Positions 33,004 through 41,849 of a stretch of 45,251 nt of DNA are shown here, in pieces. Origin of the DNA: a virus. The notes below the pieces were generated by a model. It was given only the letters and a program-made list of their open reading frames with translations, had not been told where the DNA came from and did no database searches. Within the stretch, counting starts at the first letter, position 1; every line of letters begins with the position of its first letter. The stretch covers positions 1-45,251 of the IMG/VR virus record IMGVR_UViG_3300005830_000058; one strand, given 5' to 3'. A program made the position numbers and the translations under genes.

Positions 33004-33620
33004 TGGAGCCCTACTACGACCATGCAGGCATCACGATCTGGCACGGCGACTGCCGCGAGATCCTGCCGTCGCTCAAGGCGGACGTGGTTGTGACTGATCC
33101 GCCTTACGGAGTGCTCGCGGATACCGGGTCCGCAGCAACACGAAGGAGTGGCGGGAATCAGGATTCTGGCCGTATAGCCTGGGACATCGCTCCGGACGTT
33201 GGTGTATGTACTGCCCTCCTGTCGTTCGGAGCAGCGATGATCTGGGGAGGTTTACACATGCACCTCCCGCCTACTCGCGGATATCTCGTCTGGGACAAGC
33301 AGATCGACGGGCTGAACTTCGGAGAGTGCGAAGTATGTTGGACGACGTTTCGATGGGCTCCACGCATATTTAGATACCGTGCAGTGTGCGTCGATGGGGG
33401 GAAGGTCCACCCTACGCAAAAGCCAGAGGCGCTCATGCGCTGGTGCCTTGAGCGCCCTGGAGTTCCAGGCGGTGCAGTCCTCGACCCCTTCATGGGCTCC
33501 GGCACCACGCTCCGCGCCGCGAAGGATCTAGGCCGCCGCGCCATCGGAATCGAGATCGAGGAGCGCTACTGCGAGATCGCCGCGAAGCGGCTCGCCCAGG
33601 AGGTTCTTCCGTTCGGCTAG
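33003..33620 (+). CDS. DNA methyltransferase (beta-class N6-adenine/N4-cytosine type), 205 aa. Orphan.
   Basis: Motif IV (VVTDPPYG) precedes motif I (DPFMGSGTT), and HPTQKPEAL is present. I found no adjacent endonuclease. Confidence 0.85.
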   Translation: MEPYYDHAGITIWHGDCREILPSLKADVVVTDPPYGVLADTGSAATRRSGGNQDSGRIAWDIAPDVGVCTALLSFGAAMIWGGLHMHLPPTRGYLVWDKQIDGLNFGECEVCWTTFRWAPRIFRYRAVCVDGGKVHPTQKPEALMRWCLERPGVPGGAVLDPFMGSGTTLRAAKDLGRRAIGIEIEERYCEIAAKRLAQEVLPFG

Positions 33621-33784
33621 ATTCAGGATCGCCGGCGGCGGCAGCGCGGGAAGGTACATCCGCAGGGATGGGGACCAGGCCCGCGCGATGCAAGGTCCGC
33701 CGTCGGCACTCTCTCGCCCGCCGGCTGCTCCACGAACCGAAAGGAACGCGGCGCTCTCGGAGGCTGGCGGGCGAAAGGCGGCCT

Positions 33785-33805
33785 CGGTGGGGGTGGTCCC
33801 CGCCG
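33785..33805. other. Hairpin in the convergent gap between the two modules.
   Basis: cggtgggg / ccccgccg pairs over 8 bp including one G-T pair, with a 5-nt loop. No clear U-tract on either strand. Confidence 0.3.
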
Positions 33806-33814
33806 GGGCCGTCA

Positions 33815-33919
33815 CTACATCAGCCACGCGCCAATGGCGAACGTCAGCGCGATCAGGATCGCCACCACGGCGACCGCCTTCGCGAACCAGTCCCAGTCGC
33901 TCTCGTGCTTGAAGCTCAC
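33815..33919 (-). CDS. 34-aa single-TM peptide (MSFKHESDWDWFAKAVAVVAILIALTFAIGAWLM). Last gene of the late operon.
   Basis: The GTG at 33919 overlaps the upstream stop as GTGA. This is the only protein-like part of listed ORF 33815..34717. Confidence 0.5.
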   Translation of the reverse strand: MSFKHESDWDWFAKAVAVVAILIALTFAIGAWLM

Positions 33920-34329
33920 GCCTTCGTGGGCGGCGGCGCGACCACCGGCTCTCCCCTGCGGATGCGCTTGCCGTCGCGCACTACGTTCGTCGCCTTGACC
34001 GCTGCCCCGACGGTGCCAGCCCCTCCGACCAAGAGCGCCATCAGAACCTCGGCCCAGTTCTCCTTGATCGCGTTCCCGATCTGGCCGCCGCGCTCTGCGA
34101 TCTCTTGCACCTTCGCGGCGAGCTCCTCCCTCGTCTGCGCGCCGCTCTCGCGGATCTGAAGGATCGCACCGTCGATGTTCGTCTGCCCGCTCTCGAGCGC
34201 TCCGACGGCCTGCTCCACGCCGCGAAGGCCCGTGTCGAGGTAGCCACGCACGTCCTCGATGTCCCCCGACGTGGCGAGGCAGGATTGCAGGGTGAGCGCT
34301 AAGAGAGCTGCTAAGGCTTTCATGTTCAT
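33916..34329 (-). CDS. Protein with unimolecular-spanin-like architecture, 137 aa: lipoprotein signal plus a C-terminal TM helix.
   Basis: MNMKALAALLALTLQSC is a lipobox-like LQSC with Cys17. The middle is helical, and the C-terminal hydrophobic stretch is VLMALLVGGAGTVGAAV. Confidence 0.55.
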   Translation of the reverse strand: MNMKALAALLALTLQSCLATSGDIEDVRGYLDTGLRGVEQAVGALESGQTNIDGAILQIRESGAQTREELAAKVQEIAERGGQIGNAIKENWAEVLMALLVGGAGTVGAAVKATNVVRDGKRIRRGEPVVAPPPTKA

Positions 34330-34332
34330 CCC

Positions 34333-34707
34333 CTACTTCTTGGACTCGATGTAGAACACGACCACGTCCCACGCCATCGTTCCAAAGACGGCCAGAACGC
34401 CGAAGATGACCCAGCGCACCAGGCGCTTCCACTCGGCGGCGAAGTCCTCCACGCGCCGCAGTCGCTCGAGCGCCCCGGGGGAGCCGTTGCCGACCAGGAT
34501 CTTGCGGAGCATGTCGCGCTCCTCGCGGGCGACGCCCAAGCCAGCCTGCATTGACGACTGAACCGCGGCGCTGGCCTTCTGCATGTCGAGCAGATCTCTC
34601 TGGAGCTCCTGGTGCTGCGAGTCGTTTCGGAGCACATGCTCCTCCTGCCGCGCGCGCACGTCTGAGACTGCCGCCATGAGTTGCTCGATCGTTGCGGGTT
34701 CGCTCAT
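34333..34707 (-). CDS. Tail-anchored membrane protein, 124 aa. Holin or spanin-partner candidate.
   Basis: Listed ORF. The N-terminus is coiled-coil-like and the C-terminal TM helix is VRWVIFGVLAVFGTMAWDVVVFYI. The ATGA overlap at 34704..34707 couples it to the giant gene's stop. Confidence 0.6.
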   Translation of the reverse strand: MSEPATIEQLMAAVSDVRARQEEHVLRNDSQHQELQRDLLDMQKASAAVQSSMQAGLGVAREERDMLRKILVGNGSPGALERLRRVEDFAAEWKRLVRWVIFGVLAVFGTMAWDVVVFYIESKK

Positions 34708-37700
34708 CGGGTCGCATCCCAGGCGGCCTTGCTGAACTCGTTGTAGAGGCGCAAGAGGCGCTCCTCGTCGTTGCGGTCGCGGAGATCCTTCTCGGCGCTC
34801 AGGTAGAGCTTGAGCCGGCCACGGAACGCCCAGAGCGGGTGCTCCCGAACCTCGGCCGCCGTCTCGCGGTCGCCCGCCTCACGGTAGCGTTTCTCCTGGG
34901 ACTCCAGGGCCTTGATCTGGTCCCGCCAGCCCCGGAACGCCTGCCCGGCCAGGTAGGGGGGCTGCTCGCCCACCAGGCGGCGCAGGAGGGGCACGTCCGC
35001 GACGCGGATATCCTCGCCCGCGAGCAGCTTGGCGGGCAGATTCGCGGTCCTCAGCGTCGTCGCGCCGAGCCCCCCCGAGTACGTCTTCGCCAGGTGCTCG
35101 ATCACCTCGGGCGACCAGTCGAAGGGGAACCCGGCGCTGACTTCCGTCGGGTCCTTGAAGGTCTCGTTCAGCCAGGCCGTGACCGCGCGCGTCTGCGGGT
35201 TCACGTTGGGCCAATACTTGTCCGCCTCGGCCTTCATGGAGCCGGGGAAGTCCGCCGGCTTGATCGGGCGGCCCGCCCAGTCCTCGTTGGTCGCCACCTC
35301 GACGAGCGGATCCGTGATGGTGGGAGAGATGGTTCGCAGCGCGCCCTTTGCGCTCAGCATCTCGCCTCCGCCGCCGACCGGGTTCGTGCTGTCGAGCACC
35401 GACTCCATGACGTTCGCGAAGCCCTCGCCCGTCGAGCGCCGCCCGAGGCCGAAGACCGAGCGGAGCTGCCGGCTCATCTCCTGGCCCGCCGTGTGGAAGA
35501 TGTTGTAGACGAACGGCGCGGGAATCTTCGCCTTCCACCCACCGGGGAGCATGAAGATGATGTTTGAGCGCTTCTCGTAGTCGGGGACCTTGTCCCAGAA
35601 GTTCTGCCCGTCGTCGTCGTCGCCCGCCATCAGGTAGTTGAGCATGTCCAGCGCCATGCTGAACGCGACGAGGCCGGCGACCATGCGCACGACCGGTCGG
35701 TGCCCCTTGCTGTTCTTGCTCGCAAGCGCCTCCACCGTGCGCCGCGTGCCCTGGATCGAGGCGTTCGAGAACATGAAGAAGGAGTTGAGCGCGTTGCCCG
35801 CCTCGCCCTTGTCCTCGAAGTTCGTCGTCAGGCGCTTCGCCTCGAGCGCGGCGCGCAAGCGCGGCATGCCGAGATCCTTGCGCGCCTTGACGTAGAACGA
35901 GAGCCGGGCCGCGTTCTCCACCGAGTCGCTCCACGCGCCGAAGGTGTCGCCAAGGCGCTTGAGCCACGCGCCCATCTGGTTCGGAGCGGAGATCGAACGC
36001 ACTTCCTTCTCCAGGCGCTTCATCTGCGTCTGAAGGTCGTTCACGTCGAAGGGCGAGATCGCAGCCCCGTCCGCGAAGTAGTCGGCGGTGTACTGCTCGA
36101 GCTCGTTCCTCGGCACGAACTCCTCGCCCGCGCGCTGCGCCGCATAGAAGCGGTTGAGCGCGCCGAGGGCCTTGGGGGCGCCCTTGAGAACGCCACGCGC
36201 GAACTCAGCCCCGTGCTCGGACGAGTTGAAGTACGCCGTTCCCGCGTCCCGCATCGCGTTGAACACCGGGAAGACCGGGTTCCACCTGGTCGCGAGCGCC
36301 GCCATGACGCGCGTGTAGTTGCCGATCGCCTGCACCCAGGCCGCGATGTCCTGCGCGCCGAGGTTTGAGAGCGTCCTGCCCAGGCGCTTGTGGTCGCCCA
36401 CGAAGCGGATCCAGTGCTGCTCGCCGTCGATGCGCACCCCGAGCCACTCGCCGTCCGTGTTGGTGCGGCGCGGGTCACCCTCGGTGACGACTTCCTCCTG
36501 GCCGTCCTTCTTCTTGATGACGCGCCGGTAGACGGCGGGGTCGATCTCGATCGCGCCCTTCAGCTCGTCGGCGTACTGCTCGACCATCCCGTAGAACTGC
36601 TGCTGCACGCGGTTCTTCTCGCCCCGGTACACCGCTCGGTCGAGCTGCGTCAGGATGCGGGGGATCACAAGGTCAGCGAGCTTGCCCTGCTGCTCCTCGC
36701 TGATGTCGCCCCAGCCCATCGCGCGCTTGCTCTCGCTGCCACGGATGTCGATGCCGCGACCGATCCCAAGCGCCGCGATCAGGTTCCCGCTGTCGTCGAT
36801 CTCGGCGTCGATCAGGGGCGCATAGAACTCGTACGCGCCGCGCCACTTGTCGATCACGTCGGGGGACTCGAGGCCGTACCCGACGATCAGGTTGCGCGCC
36901 TCCTCGACCGCCGCGTCCGTCGCGCGCGCCACGTTCGCGTAGAGCTCGGCGTGTTCGCTCGCCTCGACGCGGGCCAGCAGGTCGTCGGCCCAGGAGTCGC
37001 GGAAGCCCGACCCCGGGTTGTTCTCGAGCCCCATCTCCGGGTTGATCCTGGCGATCTGCGCGTTGCGCTCGGGGACGTGCCGCGCGATCAGGTAGCTGCC
37101 AAGGTCGCGCAGCTCGAGGCCGGCTGAACCCGCAGCCCGGACGGCCTTCTCGACCGCGAGGTGGTACTTGCGCTTGATCTCCTGGAGCTTGTTCCCGGTC
37201 TTGCTCGCGCGGAGCTTCTCCAGCAGCAGCACGCTCGAGTCGTCCGAAGCCCCGAGCGCGCTCTCGACGTGCGCCAGGTCGCCGAGCCGGTCGACCCAAA
37301 GCCGCATCTGCGTGGCGGCCATGCTCTTGTCTAGGTCGATCGGGCGCTTCTCGATCACCTGCCCCGTCGCCTGGGCCGCAGGCGTCGCGGCGAAGCGCGG
37401 CTGGCCTGCCTCCATCACGGAGGAGCGCAGCTCGTCGGTGATCGGTAGGGCGTGGGCGGGTGACGCTTCGCCACGCGCGAGAACGTCACGCATGATCCGC
37501 TCGCGCTGTTCGGGAGTGAAGCGGGCCAGGTCAGCGGGTATGTCCGCCGCAGCCTCAGCATACGCGCTGTCGGTCCATATAGTCGCCCCCGTCACCCTCG
37601 CCCCGTGCTTCTTCCCTATCTTGTTGGCGGCGTTGACGAGGATCTTGTCGTAGAAGTCCTCCATCCCCTTGCCGCCGATGGTGAGGTTCGGGCCTGAGAC

Positions 37701-40700
37701 GGAGCCGGTGGTCTCGGAAAGGATGCGCTCCGCGATGGACTTGCCGAGATAGTCTTCGATCGTCTTTGTGTCGCCTCGCGTTGACACTCCGCGAGCGTCG
37801 AACTGCTCCTCCCACGAGACACTTCCACCCGTGCTCGCTATCACCTGCGTCACGCCGCCGCCGAGGCCCGACCAGGAGATTTCGTCCACTACGCGGCGGT
37901 ACTCCGTCTCATACCGCTCCACCTGCTGCCGCCCCGTCGTCCAGCCCAGCTTGTCGAACCCGTGCTCCGCTGCCCAGCGCACCATGCGGCGCATCGCCAG
38001 GAGCGGCCAGGTGGTCTTGAAGGGAGCGTCAGGGACGCCTGGGGTCTTCCCTTCGCCAACCTTGCGCGTCAGCAACTCGACCGGAGCATTTGCCCATGTA
38101 CCTGCGTTGTTGATGGCCTCCTCAGAAGTAGAGCCATACCCGACAGGAACCTCCGCGCCCGAGATGTTGGCGACGTAGTATGCCTCCCACTGCTCTTTGG
38201 GTTGGGCATACCCCTTCTTCCTCCCCTCCTGGTGCCAGTCCGACTGCACCTCCTCAACGAACAGCACGCGCTTGCCCTCGCTGTCCGTGCGCTCGTTGAA
38301 GCGGACGTGAGCTAGGACGTTCGGGATGTCGCTGTAGTGGCCGCCGGTGAAGGCTGCTTTCCTGGCTAGTTGGTTGGCCGTTGCCTCATCCCGAGCCCTC
38401 TCTCGCTCGTACGCACCGCGAGCGAAGTCCTCGTCTCTCGCCCCCTCTTCGGTGAGCCATGTGCGCTTGAACTCCTCGAAAGACAGGAACGGAACGCCCG
38501 CAGCGCGCACTGGCAGCGTCAGCAGCAGTTCGCGGTAGTTCTCGCCGCCGGGTAGGGCGAGGCTCTCATTCCTGTAGCGCACGGGATCACGCGGGCCGTA
38601 TGCCCCTTCATGGATGGACTTGACTTCAGCGCGCTCTTCGTCCGTCCACTCGCTGTCCGGCTTCGCCTCAATCTCCTGAAGGCGCGCGTAGGCTTCGGTA
38701 CCGCCAAGCACCTTCTCCTCTACCCGCACGTTCGACGCGCGCACCGCATCGAGCAGCTCGCCCTTCTCCACGCTCTTCTTGTCCGAGAGGTAGTCGAGGA
38801 TCCCGCTCCACTCGATCTCCTCCTCCTTCACGCCAGCGTTCCTAAGCGTGTTCAGCACCTGGGTAGCCGTCGCGCGCTTGCCTTGGAGCTTCTCCTCCAG
38901 GACGGACTCGAGCTTCGAGTAGAAGCCGAGCGGGTCGGGCGCAGCGGCGAAGCGCGCCTCGCCCTGGCCCGGAACGTAGCGCGTCCCGCCCTCTCGCCCC
39001 ACGCCGCGCAGGCGCTCACCGACGCCACGGCCCTCCAGCACGTCCAGCTCGGCCTGCATCTCCTCGCGCAGGGCGGCCGGGATCTGCATCCGGTAGCGGT
39101 CGAGCGTCTCCGTGAGCGTCCCGACCACCTCCTGCCGGGTCACGCCGGGGTCCTGCGCCTCGGCAACCGCGTTCCCGTAGGACTGGGCGCGCGCGATCGC
39201 CGCCTCTGCGGCTGACGTGGCCCGCTCGGTGACGAGGCCGCCTTCCAGGCGCGCGCGGTCCTCGGGGGTCGCGGCGAACCGCTCGGCCCGCTCCTCCCCG
39301 CGCTCGTACGCCTCGGCGGCGATCTCGGCCCGGGACGGGGCCTCTCGGCGCGCGCGGCCCGCGCGGGGCTCCTTCGACCGCTGGGCACGGGCCTCCTTGG
39401 TGGCGGCCTGGGCGGCCTCCTGCCCCTCGACCGCCTCCAGCTCGGCCCGGATGGCCGCCGCGCCCTCGGCGTCGCCCCTGGCCTCCAGCCGGTTCGCCTT
39501 CTGCCGCGCCCGCTTGCGCTGGCCGGGGGTGCGGAGGGGGGTTGCTACGTCCGTGCTACGCGGCTGCTGCGTTGGTGCTACATCCGGTACTTCCCTGACC
39601 CCTTCGGCGGTCTCCACCCCCGGGGCCTCGGCCACTTCTGTACCAGTTTCAAATGGTGCGCCAATGGTGACCAATGGTTCGGTCGCCTTTCGCTGCACCC
39701 TCTCCTCTAACGGCACCACGAGCAGGTCCAGGGCCTCCCGGATGCTCTGGGCCGCCCGGTACGGGCGGGCGCCCGCTTCCCGCTTCCCGGCCCGGGTCTC
39801 CTTCCCGAAGGTCCGGTTGAAGAAGTCCAGCACCGCGTCCACGATCCGCTGGAGCAGGGTGCGGTTCGCGCCGCTCATGCGCTCCACGAGGCCCGGGTCG
39901 CGCGCCACGGCGTCCACGATCGGGCTCAGGCGCTCGACGGACCTGGCGAGGGCCTCGGAACGCGCCGCGCTCACTTTGCGGCCGAAGGACAACGCTTCCG
40001 AGAGCGTATGCCCGATGTTCGTCTCGTACTGCGCCCTGGACTGAGCGAGGAACCCGGGAAGCTGCTCCTCGATCGCCGCCTCGAGGTTCGCCCACTCCGC
40101 AGGCTTCACGTCCTCGAGCTCGTGGGACGCCTCGTGCCGGGCGATGCTCATAATGAACGTCTCGTCGGACGTTGACGCATCCACCAGCACGGTTCCGCGG
40201 TTGTGGGTCCCACGCACCCTGGCCGACTTGGGGAGCTCGACGAAGTAGGGGTCCAGCCCCCGCTGGGTCAGGAACTCCGCCCCGCGGGCCTGCGCGGGCG
40301 TCCTGGGCTCCACCAGGCGGTGCGGGGCGGGCTCCGCGCCCTCCGGGGTGTTCTTTCGCTGCATGGCCCTGGCGAGCGCCTGGGCCGTCGTGCTGGCGTT
40401 CTGCACCTCGACCGGCTCCGTGGCCTCGGCGGGGGCCTCCTGCGCTCCTGGCTCGCCCTGGGCTGCCTGGCCGGGCTCCTGCGGTGTTCCACGTGGAACA
40501 TCCTCCTGGGGGAACGCCCCGCCCGGCTCGAGCGGGATCGGGGAGCCGAAGGCGTACCCCGCCCCCTGGATCGCCACGCCGGGCGCCCCGAAAGCGACCA
40601 TCTCGGCCGCCAGTTGAGCCGTGCCCGGCCAGTTCCACTCGTCCCCGAGCAGCGCCGTCCGCATCAGCTCGCCGACGCGCTCCTCGCCCATCTCGCCGAT

Positions 40701-41837
40701 CACGCCGTCCCAGCCGCCCTTGGCGCCCACCCTGCGCAGGAAGTCCACCACGCCCTTGTCGGGGTTCTTCTTGAGCCACCGCCCCATGAGCTGCGTCGCC
40801 ATCAGGCGCGCCTTCTGGCCGCCCGGGAGCGCGTCGAGAACCTTTTTCCCGACCCCGGGAGGCAGCGCGGCGCCGAGCTCCTCGGAGAACGTCTCGATCC
40901 AAAGGTCGAAGTACCCCTCGGGCAGCGTGTCCGCGAGCTCGGGCAGGGTCTGGTCGAAGACCATGCGCACCTCCCCCGCGTCCCCGTACTCGAAGCCCAG
41001 CCCCGCCTGCTCGAGAGCCCGCTCGTAGGCGTTGGCCGTCGCGCGCCCGCCGCCATCCATGCCGGCCAGCCGGGGCGCCTCCTCGATCATGGCCGTCCGC
41101 GCCGCCGCCGTGACCGCCATCGACGCGAGCTTAGTCACCCCGCGCTTCACGAGCCCCTCGGTGACCTTCTCCGTGGTCTCCTTGACCGCCTTCCCGAGCG
41201 CCGCTCCCGCGACCTTCTTCGCCCCCGAGATCACCCCGCCCGTCGCCGCGAACTCGACCGCGAACCCCGGGAGCTGGGTCAGGATGCTGCCGACCGTGTA
41301 GCCGAACCCGCCCTCGGTGTTGGCCTGGTCGAGGAAGTCGAGCACCTGGGCCTTCTGGTCGTCGGTCGCCTGGCCCGCCTCCCACGCCTTCGCGGCGCCG
41401 TAGACCCCCGCCATGCGGACCGCTTGGAACCCGCCACCCACGACGGGAAGGAGCTCGCCCGGGCGCTCCTTGGCCTCCTTCAGCGCCTGGCCGAAGGTGC
41501 CCTCGGGCGACTTGCCGTAGCGCATCGCCAGCGCGGTCGCGTCGATGCCCCAGCGGGTCCCCATGTCGAAGAGCTCGACCCGCGTCGCGCCCTTCTCCAC
41601 CAGCCCCTCGATCTCGCGCTGGAGGAGGTACTGGCCTGCCTTCTCGGCCCCGATGGCCTTGTACGTCTCGAGCGGCGCGCCCTGGGCCGCCAGGTCGTAG
41701 ACCATCTCGGGCGTGGGGGCGGCCTGCGGGCTAGCGTCTAGAGGCTCCTGGGGCTGCTGCGCCGATGCTACGTCCGTGCCTACACCGCTAGCCGTAGCAG
41801 CCGGCGGCGGCGGGCTCGCTGCGTCCGTGATCGTCAT
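34704..41837 (-). CDS. Giant multi-module virion protein, 2377 aa, in the position of the T7 gp16 internal core/ejection protein. It contains an HEASH zincin-like motif.
   Basis: - Listed ORF, uninterrupted and about 16 percent of the genome.
- It carries HEASH (40136..40122) and EEVQSDWHQEGRKKGY.
- A C-terminal TM segment reads VVRMVAGLVAFSMALDMLNYLMAG.
- It follows two Gln/Gly-rich and coiled-coil core-like proteins. Confidence 0.85.
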   Translation of the reverse strand: MTITDAASPPPPAATASGVGTDVASAQQPQEPLDASPQAAPTPEMVYDLAAQGAPLETYKAIGAEKAGQYLLQREIEGLVEKGATRVELFDMGTRWGIDATALAMRYGKSPEGTFGQALKEAKERPGELLPVVGGGFQAVRMAGVYGAAKAWEAGQATDDQKAQVLDFLDQANTEGGFGYTVGSILTQLPGFAVEFAATGGVISGAKKVAGAALGKAVKETTEKVTEGLVKRGVTKLASMAVTAAARTAMIEEAPRLAGMDGGGRATANAYERALEQAGLGFEYGDAGEVRMVFDQTLPELADTLPEGYFDLWIETFSEELGAALPPGVGKKVLDALPGGQKARLMATQLMGRWLKKNPDKGVVDFLRRVGAKGGWDGVIGEMGEERVGELMRTALLGDEWNWPGTAQLAAEMVAFGAPGVAIQGAGYAFGSPIPLEPGGAFPQEDVPRGTPQEPGQAAQGEPGAQEAPAEATEPVEVQNASTTAQALARAMQRKNTPEGAEPAPHRLVEPRTPAQARGAEFLTQRGLDPYFVELPKSARVRGTHNRGTVLVDASTSDETFIMSIARHEASHELEDVKPAEWANLEAAIEEQLPGFLAQSRAQYETNIGHTLSEALSFGRKVSAARSEALARSVERLSPIVDAVARDPGLVERMSGANRTLLQRIVDAVLDFFNRTFGKETRAGKREAGARPYRAAQSIREALDLLVVPLEERVQRKATEPLVTIGAPFETGTEVAEAPGVETAEGVREVPDVAPTQQPRSTDVATPLRTPGQRKRARQKANRLEARGDAEGAAAIRAELEAVEGQEAAQAATKEARAQRSKEPRAGRARREAPSRAEIAAEAYERGEERAERFAATPEDRARLEGGLVTERATSAAEAAIARAQSYGNAVAEAQDPGVTRQEVVGTLTETLDRYRMQIPAALREEMQAELDVLEGRGVGERLRGVGREGGTRYVPGQGEARFAAAPDPLGFYSKLESVLEEKLQGKRATATQVLNTLRNAGVKEEEIEWSGILDYLSDKKSVEKGELLDAVRASNVRVEEKVLGGTEAYARLQEIEAKPDSEWTDEERAEVKSIHEGAYGPRDPVRYRNESLALPGGENYRELLLTLPVRAAGVPFLSFEEFKRTWLTEEGARDEDFARGAYERERARDEATANQLARKAAFTGGHYSDIPNVLAHVRFNERTDSEGKRVLFVEEVQSDWHQEGRKKGYAQPKEQWEAYYVANISGAEVPVGYGSTSEEAINNAGTWANAPVELLTRKVGEGKTPGVPDAPFKTTWPLLAMRRMVRWAAEHGFDKLGWTTGRQQVERYETEYRRVVDEISWSGLGGGVTQVIASTGGSVSWEEQFDARGVSTRGDTKTIEDYLGKSIAERILSETTGSVSGPNLTIGGKGMEDFYDKILVNAANKIGKKHGARVTGATIWTDSAYAEAAADIPADLARFTPEQRERIMRDVLARGEASPAHALPITDELRSSVMEAGQPRFAATPAAQATGQVIEKRPIDLDKSMAATQMRLWVDRLGDLAHVESALGASDDSSVLLLEKLRASKTGNKLQEIKRKYHLAVEKAVRAAGSAGLELRDLGSYLIARHVPERNAQIARINPEMGLENNPGSGFRDSWADDLLARVEASEHAELYANVARATDAAVEEARNLIVGYGLESPDVIDKWRGAYEFYAPLIDAEIDDSGNLIAALGIGRGIDIRGSESKRAMGWGDISEEQQGKLADLVIPRILTQLDRAVYRGEKNRVQQQFYGMVEQYADELKGAIEIDPAVYRRVIKKKDGQEEVVTEGDPRRTNTDGEWLGVRIDGEQHWIRFVGDHKRLGRTLSNLGAQDIAAWVQAIGNYTRVMAALATRWNPVFPVFNAMRDAGTAYFNSSEHGAEFARGVLKGAPKALGALNRFYAAQRAGEEFVPRNELEQYTADYFADGAAISPFDVNDLQTQMKRLEKEVRSISAPNQMGAWLKRLGDTFGAWSDSVENAARLSFYVKARKDLGMPRLRAALEAKRLTTNFEDKGEAGNALNSFFMFSNASIQGTRRTVEALASKNSKGHRPVVRMVAGLVAFSMALDMLNYLMAGDDDDGQNFWDKVPDYEKRSNIIFMLPGGWKAKIPAPFVYNIFHTAGQEMSRQLRSVFGLGRRSTGEGFANVMESVLDSTNPVGGGGEMLSAKGALRTISPTITDPLVEVATNEDWAGRPIKPADFPGSMKAEADKYWPNVNPQTRAVTAWLNETFKDPTEVSAGFPFDWSPEVIEHLAKTYSGGLGATTLRTANLPAKLLAGEDIRVADVPLLRRLVGEQPPYLAGQAFRGWRDQIKALESQEKRYREAGDRETAAEVREHPLWAFRGRLKLYLSAEKDLRDRNDEERLLRLYNEFSKAAWDATR

Positions 41838-41849
41838 CGCGACGGATCC

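Noticed and set aside
33621-33814. Possible tRNA or small RNA gene in the convergent gap, and in the other gaps 18311..18450, 19736..19975 and 28651..28881.
   Set aside because: By eye there is no GTTCGAATC-like T-loop flanked by a 5-bp stem and no cloverleaf arrangement. A tRNA scanner should still be run.
33920-34717. Listed 300-aa minus-strand ORF 33815..34717.
   Set aside because: Except for its last 34 codons it is an Arg/Gly-rich frame overlapping the two membrane-protein ORFs, which have clear signal and TM features.
39649-41741. 417-aa minus-strand and 512-aa plus-strand ORFs inside the giant gene.
   Set aside because: These are off-frame or antisense shadows with extreme Arg/Gly/Pro content. 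The 2377-aa frame is continuous and protein-like.
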